Positions 57,398 to 64,000 of a DNA stretch of 64,000 nucleotides are shown in pieces. The notes under the pieces were generated by a model. That model worked only from the letters and a program-made list of their open reading frames with translations, did not search any database and was not told the origin of the DNA. Source of the DNA: Pirellulales bacterium. Lineage in GTDB: Bacteria; Planctomycetota; Planctomycetia; Pirellulales; JADZDJ01. The translations under genes and the position numbers were made by a program. Within the stretch, counting starts at the first letter, position 1. The number at the start of each line of letters is the position of its first letter. Location: positions 82,852-146,851 of the forward strand of contig CAVZCV010000013.1 in NCBI GenBank assembly GCA_963773875.1. Direction: 5' to 3'.

Positions 57398-58729
57398 ATG
57401 TCTTCTCTTCGCGATATTCCTGAACTCACCGGCCTGGCGGCGCGAAAATCGCTCGTGCGCATTCCGCCGGAACTCGATGTTCCGCTGACCGATCGGGTGC
57501 GCCACTTGATCGACACGCCCGAGTTCCGCCGCCTCGCGCACGTCAGCCAGGTGGGACTTACTGCCCTTGTTTATCCTGCGGCGAGTCATTCGCGATTCGA
57601 GCATTCGCTGGGCGTCTATCGGCTGGCGCTTTTGTATCTGCAGCAATTCTCCTACGACGAACGCTTTACGGCAGCCATCACCCCGGCCGATGCCGAATTA
57701 TTCATCGTCGCCGCGCTCTTGCACGATCTTGGCCATTGGCCCTTCTGCCATCCGATTGAAGATCTACGCCTGCCAGGCGTGCCGCACCATGAGCTGTTCG
57801 CCAACAGCTTTTTGCTGGAAGGCGAAATTGCGGATGTCCTGCGCGACGAATGGAAAATCAACCCGCGCGATGTCGTCTCGCTGCTCTCGGAAAAGCCGCG
57901 CAACGTGCGCTCGAAAATCCTGTCGAGCCTGCTCTCCGGTCCGATCGACATCGACAAGATGGATTACCTGCAGCGCGATAGCCTGCACGCCGGCGTGCCG
58001 TACGGTCGGCATTTCGATCAGCAGCGGCTCATCGGCAGCTTGTGCTTGAACGCTGCCGGCGATGGCTTGGCAATTACCGATAAAGGCAAGACCGCCGCCG
58101 AGATGCTCATCTTCGCGCGCTACATCATGTTCAGCGAAGTCTACTGGCATCATGCGGTTCGCTCGGCCACCGCCATGTTGCAGCGCGCGTTTTTCCTGCT
58201 GCACGGCACGCTTGATTTAGATTCGCTGTTTCGCTTGACCGATGGCCCAATGATCGATGAGCTCGTGCGCAGCGCCGCCGGCAGCGGCGCCGGCGAACTG
58301 CTCGAAGGCTTATTCGGCCCGACGCGGCGCTTGTACAAGCGGCTGGCGCAGTTCAGTTTTTTCCAGGAGCGTACGCTGTACGAACAATTGGCCCGCAGGC
58401 CCTATGCGTGGCTGGCACAATGCAGCGAACATTTCGCTTCCGTGGCCAGCACTGCGCTGGCGCGGCGAATTGCGCCGCATGAAGTGCTGTTCGATGCCCC
58501 GCCGATGAAACGCGAGATTGAATTCAACGTCGAGATTTTCTTTCCCAAAGAACAGCGCTACCGGTTTCTGGCCGATGTCTCGCCGGTGGTGGAAACGCTG
58601 GCCACGGGCCAGTTTGACGATTACGTCAAACGCGTCCGCATCTTCGTGCAGCCGCGGCTGGCCGACGAAATGCGGCGTTTGCCGAATCTTTCGGAGCTGA
58701 TCGCCCAGGCCATTGCCCGAATGGGGTAG
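57398..58729 (+). CDS. HD-domain metal-dependent phosphohydrolase (SAMHD1/YdhJ-like architecture)
   Basis: …FRRLAHVSQVGL…SHSRFEHSLGVY…AALLHDLGHWPFCH…IDIDKMDYLQRDSLHAGVPYG…. Confidence 0.85.
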   Translation: MSSLRDIPELTGLAARKSLVRIPPELDVPLTDRVRHLIDTPEFRRLAHVSQVGLTALVYPAASHSRFEHSLGVYRLALLYLQQFSYDERFTAAITPADAELFIVAALLHDLGHWPFCHPIEDLRLPGVPHHELFANSFLLEGEIADVLRDEWKINPRDVVSLLSEKPRNVRSKILSSLLSGPIDIDKMDYLQRDSLHAGVPYGRHFDQQRLIGSLCLNAAGDGLAITDKGKTAAEMLIFARYIMFSEVYWHHAVRSATAMLQRAFFLLHGTLDLDSLFRLTDGPMIDELVRSAAGSGAGELLEGLFGPTRRLYKRLAQFSFFQERTLYEQLARRPYAWLAQCSEHFASVASTALARRIAPHEVLFDAPPMKREIEFNVEIFFPKEQRYRFLADVSPVVETLATGQFDDYVKRVRIFVQPRLADEMRRLPNLSELIAQAIARMG

Positions 58730-58858
58730 CGATTGGGCGACATCACGATGCGCGCACGTCTTCTTACGCGCATTCGCCTGTTTAGCGGCCGGGCTTGCCC
58801 CGGGCTCTGCCGCGTCGCGCGCGGAATAAACATCGCCGCTAATCAAAACAAATCTTCC

Positions 58859-58886
58859 TTGACGATTATCTATACACAAGTATACT
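58859..58886 (+). promoter_or_regulatory. candidate sigma70-type promoter of imuA with an embedded TATAC-N4-GTATA palindrome
   Basis: TTGACG (58859-58864), 16-nt spacer, TATACT (58881-58886), 42 nt upstream of the imuA ATG. Palindrome tatacacaagtata at 58871-58884. A tandem CTGCTAGCA CTGCTAGCA follows at 58903-58920. Confidence 0.35.
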
Positions 58887-58927
58887 GCAGATAGACAACC
58901 GTCTGCTAGCACTGCTAGCACACCTGT

Positions 58928-59689
58928 ATGATATCCACACGCCAAGAATGTCGGCAAGACCTGCAGCGGCGAATTCGCCAGCTGGAATGTGCTCACCTGA
59001 CCAGTTTGGAACGAGTGTCCACTGGCTGCGAGGCGCTCGATAAATTGTTGCCTGGCAAGGGTTTTCACCGCGGCGCCCTGGTCGAATGGCTGGCCGCACC
59101 GGGGAGCGGCGCGGCGGGTTTGGCCCTGCTGGCGGCCCGAGAAGCTTGCCGCGAAGGAGACACTTTGGTGGTGATCGACGAAGCGCGGCGATTTTATCCG
59201 CTGGCCGCAGCCGGCCTGGGCATTGATTTGGCACGCCTAGTGATTGTGTGTCCGGCGAGCAAAAAAGATTCGCTCTGGGCTGTGCATCAATCGCTGGGCT
59301 GCCAGGGCGTCGGGGCGGTGGTCGCCTGGCCGGAAAAGCTCGACGATCGCGCGTTTCGCCGCATCCAACTGGCCGCCGAACGCGGTCGCAGCCTGGGATT
59401 TTTGCTCCGCCCCACCGCCGCCCGTGGCCAACCCACGTGGTCGGAAATTCAATTGCTCGTGACGGCGCTGCCCTCATGTAGCACGTTTTCCACCCTTCAA
59501 TCGACTCACACCGCCCGTCGTCTGCGGATCGAACTCCTTCGTTCGCGCAGCGGTCACACAGGAACCTCCGTGGAACTGGAATTCGACGATGAACACGGCG
59601 TCCTCAAAAAAATCGACACAGCGCACGCTCTGCCTTTGGCTCCCCCATTGGCCGCTCGATCGGCTGGCCGCCACTCGTCCGGAGCTTAA
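58928..59689 (+). CDS. imuA: translesion-synthesis-associated protein ImuA (RecA/SulA-like)
   Basis: …LERVSTGCEALDKLLPGKGFHRGALVEWLAAPGSGAAGLALL…LVVIDEARRFYP… The ORF end overlaps the imuB start by 101 nt (an A7 run at 59606-59612 lies in the overlap). Confidence 0.8.
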   Translation: MISTRQECRQDLQRRIRQLECAHLTSLERVSTGCEALDKLLPGKGFHRGALVEWLAAPGSGAAGLALLAAREACREGDTLVVIDEARRFYPLAAAGLGIDLARLVIVCPASKKDSLWAVHQSLGCQGVGAVVAWPEKLDDRAFRRIQLAAERGRSLGFLLRPTAARGQPTWSEIQLLVTALPSCSTFSTLQSTHTARRLRIELLRSRSGHTGTSVELEFDDEHGVLKKIDTAHALPLAPPLAARSAGRHSSGA

Positions 59690-61239
59690 GGGGCGCGAAG
59701 TGGCACTGTATGCCGCTGACCGCCGCGGGCTGTTGCGCATCTCGGCCTGCTCCGGCCGGCATGGCATGACGATCGGCATGCCTTTGGCGGAAGCTACGGC
59801 GCTCGCCAATGCGCATTTCGAACCGCACGATCCACTGGCCGATCAAGCGGCCCTGGTGCAACTGGCCGCCTGGTGCGAGCAGTTCAGTCCGCTGGTCGGC
59901 ATCGAAGCGCCGGATAATTTGCTGCTCGACGTGACGGGCTTGGCGCCACTGTTTGGCAGCGAACAAGCGCTCGTCGAGCAAGTGGCTCGCGCTTTTGGCC
60001 GACTCGGCCTGCGAACTCGCATCGCCCTGGCCGATACGATCGGCGACCGCACTATGGGCGACTGTCGCACATTTTGAAAATGATCTACCTGTCGTCATTT
60101 CGCCGGGGGAAATGTGCGCAGCACTTGCTGACTTGCCGCTGGCTGCCTTGCGATTGCCGAACAACATCGTCGAAATTCTGGCGGAACTGGGCATTGAACA
60201 AATCGAACAACTGCTGGCCGTGCCGCGTGATGCCTTGGCGGCGCGCTTCGATCCGATCTTGCTCGAGCGCGTCGATCAAGCGCTCGGCGCCGCCTCCGAG
60301 AAAATCTGTTCGCATCGTCCGCCGCCGGAATTCTCCAGCGGCGTGCGGTTGGAGTTTCCGCTGGCCGGCCGCGCGGAACTGGAACATGTGCTGGCCGCGT
60401 TACTGCACAAGATCGGCGAACTCTTGACGCCGCGTCAGCAAGGCGCGATTCAACTGCAGATCGAATTGGACTGCGAAGCCGGTGAGCCAGTTCAATTTGT
60501 GGTGGGGCTTTATCGGGCCAGTGCCAATGCGAAACACCTGTTGGAGCTGGCGAAATTGCAGCTCGATCGGTTGCGGCTGCCGGGTCCGGTGATCGGCGTT
60601 CGAATTTCCGTGTTAACTTCGGCCCCATTGGCCAACTGGCAGCAAGAGTTGTTCGATGAGAAATCGCATCGCGAAAATGCACGGCAAGTGGCGCTGTTGG
60701 TCGATCGGTTGAGCAATCGATTGGGCCGACAGTCGGTCGTCCGTGCCGTGCCGCTGGCGGAAGCCCAACCGGAGTTCGCTTTCCGCTACGAACCGCTGGC
60801 TGGCATGGCAACCGCCAACAGCTCCTCTCGGGTGCCACTGGCTCTGCCAGTGTTTGGGCCAAAAAGTGTTGTCTCAAAGTCTGCTCGCCGAAACACTGGC
60901 AGAGCCAGTGGCACGCAGCGAAAAACTACTGCCTCTCTTACCTTAATGCCTCAAAAAGAAACAACACATAAACCTCGGCCGCTGAAACTCGAGCCGGAGC
61001 CGATTCCGCTGGAGGTCGTCTCCGTCGTTCCCCACGGGCCGCCGATCCAGTTTCATTGGCACGGCCAGCAACAACGGATCGCCCGGGCTTGGGGGCCGGA
61101 GCGGATCGAAACCGGCTGGTGGCGCGGCCGCTATGTGCAGCGCGATTATTACCGTGTCGAAACCACGACAGCAGCCCGGTTCTGGCTCTTCCGGCGCCTG
61201 ATCGACGAAAAGTGGTTTTTACACGGGATATTCGCGTAG
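59589..61239 (+). CDS. imuB: Y-family polymerase-like protein ImuB; one frame break
   Basis: MNTASSKKSTQRTLCLWLPHWPLDRL…RIALADTIG (ORF 59589..60077) continues as …ATALWATVAHFENDLPVVISPGE…ERIETGWWRG…DYYRVETTTAARFWLFR… in ORF 59953..61239. Junction ~60038-60046. Confidence 0.85.
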
Positions 61240-61308
61240 AAAACATTTTCGCCGCTGGCTCTTGACATTTGTACATGTGATCGTTAATATACATATGGCT
61301 GGATAAAA

Positions 61309-61337
61309 GGCCCAGGGAAATGGTTGTCCCTGGGCTC
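61309..61337 (+). terminator. hairpin downstream of imuB, related to the GCCCAGG-stem family
   Basis: ggcccaggga aatggttg tccctgggctc followed by caattgttttcc. Same GCCCAGGG/CCCTGGGC stem core as the other three hairpins, but with a different loop. Confidence 0.6.
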
Positions 61338-61514
61338 CAATTGTTTTCCGACAGAAAAACGAGTTTATTTCACTCGCCGAGTTGAGGAGCAACAAATGCA
61401 AACCCATCGAGAATTCCCGAGCCCATCGCTTCTGGCCGGCCGCGCCGAGTTTCTCGGAGCGGAATCAGAAGACCTCGGAAATTCTCGGTCAATTCCCATC
61501 CCAGGATCGCGGAA

Positions 61515-61587
61515 TGTGAAATTACTGCGAAATAACTCGAGCCGATTCCTCGAGGATTTCCGAGCGAAGTGCCGGAGTTATTTCACA
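61515..61587. repeat. inverted repeat TGTGAAATTACTG / GAGTTATTTCACA in the imuB-dnaE2 spacer
   Basis: Arms at 61515-61527 and 61575-61587, plus a third direct half-copy gcgaaataactc at 61527-61538. The loop contains the palindrome tcctcgagga. Shares the GTGAAATAACT core with the element at 1926-2019. Confidence 0.7.
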
Positions 61588-61736
61588 GTGAATCGTGTGC
61601 GCCGCGAACGCAGATGGTTTTTGTGGTGGGAAACGGACTCGATCGCCGCCGCTCCGCTTCGGCAGCACTCCGCGGATCGCGGCTAAACATATTTCCACGC
61701 CTCTACTCAACTGACAACGGACAATTGCTGCTTCCC

Positions 61737-64000
61737 ATGCCTGACCAACCTGAAAGCAAACGACGACGCATCACGGCTTCCCCGCGGCAAGCGGCCACGG
61801 GGGGCTATGCGGAGCTGCATGCGAAAACGAATTTCTCGTTTCTTGAAGGGACTTCGCATCCCGATGAGCTCGTTTGCCGGGCCGCTGAACTCGGTTATCA
61901 GGCGCTGGCCGTGACCGATCGCAACACGCTGGCCGGCGTATGCGGGCCCACGCGGCGGCAAAGGAAGTTGGGCTCAAGCTATTGATCGGCGCGGAAATCA
62001 CGCCGCTCGATGCCCCGCCGGTCGTGCTATTGGCGACCGATCGCCAAGCCTATGGCCGACTGTCGCGATTGATTACGCTCGGCCGCCGCAACGCCCCCAA
62101 AGGCGAATGCCGGCTGACGTTCGACAATGTGGCCGAGCATGCCGAAGGGTTGATTGCGTGCGTCGTTGGAAGCGGACATTACGATGTCATCTCCCAATAT
62201 CGCGCAGCCTTCGCCAATCGCTGTTATCTGCTCGCCGAATTGCACTGTGGGCCGAACGACGAGCGCGAATTGGCAGAGCGAATCGCGCTGGCGAAGCAAA
62301 CTCGCGTGCCGCTGGTGGCGGCGAACGACGTGCACTTTCATCATCCCAGCCGCCGGGCATTGGCCGACGTGCTGTGTTGCGTTCGCGATGGCTGCACGAT
62401 TACCGAAGCCGGCGAGCGACTGTTTCCCAATGCTGCGCGGCATTTGAAATCGCCCCAGGAGATGCGCGCACTTTTCTGGCAAGCACCCGAGGCGGTGCAT
62501 CGCACGCTCGAAATTGCCGACCTCTGCACGTTCTCGCTCGACGAGTTGCGTTACGAGTATCCGGAAGAACTGGCTCCGGCCGGCGAGACGCCGCTGGAGT
62601 ATCTCACGCGACTCACCTGGCAAGGTGCTGCAAATCGTTATCCCGGCGGCGTGCCGAGCAAAGTGCGGAAGCTCTTGGAACACGAACTCAAGCTCATCGC
62701 CGAGCTACGGTACGAAGCGTATTTCCTCACGGTATGGGATTTGGTCGAGTTTGCCCGCGGACGAGGCATTTTGTGCCAGGGTCGCGGTTCGGCGGCGAAT
62801 TCCGCGGTGTGTTTTTGTTTGGGCATTACGTCGGTCGATCCCGATCGGATGGATGTGCTGTTCGAACGCTTCGTGAGCCGCGAGCGGAATGAAGTGCCGG
62901 ATATCGATGTCGATTTCGAGCACGAGCGGCGCGAGGAAGTGCTGCAATATGTGTACGACAAGTACGGCCGTGAGCGAGCCGGCATGACGGCGGAAGTGAT
63001 TACTTACCGGCCGCGTTCGGCAGTGCGCGATGTGGGCAAGGCGCTGGGGCTTTCGCTTGATCGGGTCGATACGCTGGCCAAAACACTCGACAACGGCGGC
63101 ATGAAGCAACTCGTGGAACGTTTTCCGCTGGCCGGCTTGGATAGCGAATCGCAAGTCGGGCGGCAACTGCTGGGTTTGGTTCGCGAGCTGCTCGGCTTTC
63201 CGCGGCATTTGGGGCAGCATGTCGGCGGCATGGTGATGACCCAAGGTCTACTGTGCGAACTGGTGCCGATTGAAAACGCGGCGATGGAAGGCCGTACGGT
63301 CATCGAGTGGGACAAAGACGATCTGGATGAGCTGGGCATTTTGAAAGTCGATTGCCTTTCGCTCGGCATGCTCACCGCGATTCACAAATGTTTTGATCTG
63401 GTCGAGCAGCATCATGGGCGTGCGCTCACACTGGCCAGCATTCCGGAAGGCGATGTCGGCGTGTACGAAATGATTTGCCGCGCCGACACGATGGGCGTAT
63501 TTCAAATTGAAAGCCGCGCTCAAATGAGCATGCTGCCCCGGCTGCGGCCGCGCGAGTTTTACGACATTGTCATTCAAGTGGCGATCGTGCGGCCTGGGCC
63601 AATTCAAGGCGATATGGTGCATCCGTATTTGCGGCGGCGGGCGGGCGAGGAAGAAATCACATATCCGAATGAAGAAATTCGCAACGTGCTGAAAAAGACG
63701 CTCGGCGTGCCGCTGTTTCAAGAACAGGCCATGCAGCTGGCCGTGGTGGCCGCAGGCTTCACGCCGGGCGAAGCCGACCAGTTGCGACGGGCGATGGCGG
63801 CCTGGCGCCGGCCGGGCATTATCGATAGCTTTCGCACCAAGCTGATGGATGGCATGCGGGCCAAAGGACTAAAGCCCGAGTTTGCCGAGCGGCTATTCAA
63901 AGAAATTCGCGGCTTCGGCGAGTACGGATTCCCGGAATCGCACGCGGCGAGCTTTGCGCTGTTGGCATATGTTTCGGCCTGGCTCAAGCATCACTACCCC
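61737..64000 (+). CDS. dnaE2: error-prone DNA polymerase DnaE2 (5' ~755 codons; runs off the window); one frame break
   Basis: ATG 61737: [11 protein letters not shown]…[45 protein letters not shown] (frame 0, stop at 61985). It continues in frame 2 from ~61940: [19 protein letters not shown]…[21 protein letters not shown]…PDIDVDFEH…[11 protein letters not shown]…VAIVRPGP… open to nt 64000 (not in the ORF track because there is no stop). Confidence 0.9.

Noticed and set aside
61324-61686. 120-aa ORF in the imuB-dnaE2 spacer
   Set aside because: It has no homology signal and spans hairpins and inverted repeats. Its composition and the repeated YCTCGGA motifs fit a structured non-coding leader better.

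Overview
GC-rich bacterial chromosome segment. The gene content looks Planctomycetota/Pirellulales-like (PEP-CTERM plus dockerin-type proteins, a YXWGXW-repeat protein, NHL lipoprotein, BatA/vWA protein, Tat-signal Gfo/Idh/MocA); this taxonomic call is inference from gene content only. About 45 protein genes are supported, mostly housekeeping: mfd, SurA-like PPIase, gltA, lpd-aceE-aceF, hflX, rsgA, hemW, S41 protease and an imuA-imuB-dnaE2 mutagenesis cassette. There is one tRNA-Arg(TCG) and a type-A RNase P RNA; no rRNA and no CRISPR array. The accessory part lies at about 1.7-10.8 kb: orphan small ORFs, an IS200-like Y1 transposase bracketed by three multi-hairpin REP-like units (a REPtron), and a family of PEP-CTERM/dockerin surface proteins that includes an orphan 3' cassette. 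The most pervasive signal is at least 20 single-nucleotide frame breaks in at least 12 conserved genes, including gltA, aceF and mfd, often at short homopolymers. These are most likely assembly indels and need read-level checking. Other observations: a palindromic terminator-hairpin family showing a compensatory base change; an 8-nt-periodic palindromic array upstream of rsgA; a GTGAAATAACT inverted-repeat element at two distant intergenic loci; a 1083-aa secreted protein with a long Gly/Asn-rich tail and a Gly14 run. I found no clearly novel multi-gene system; the candidates are listed with modest interest scores.
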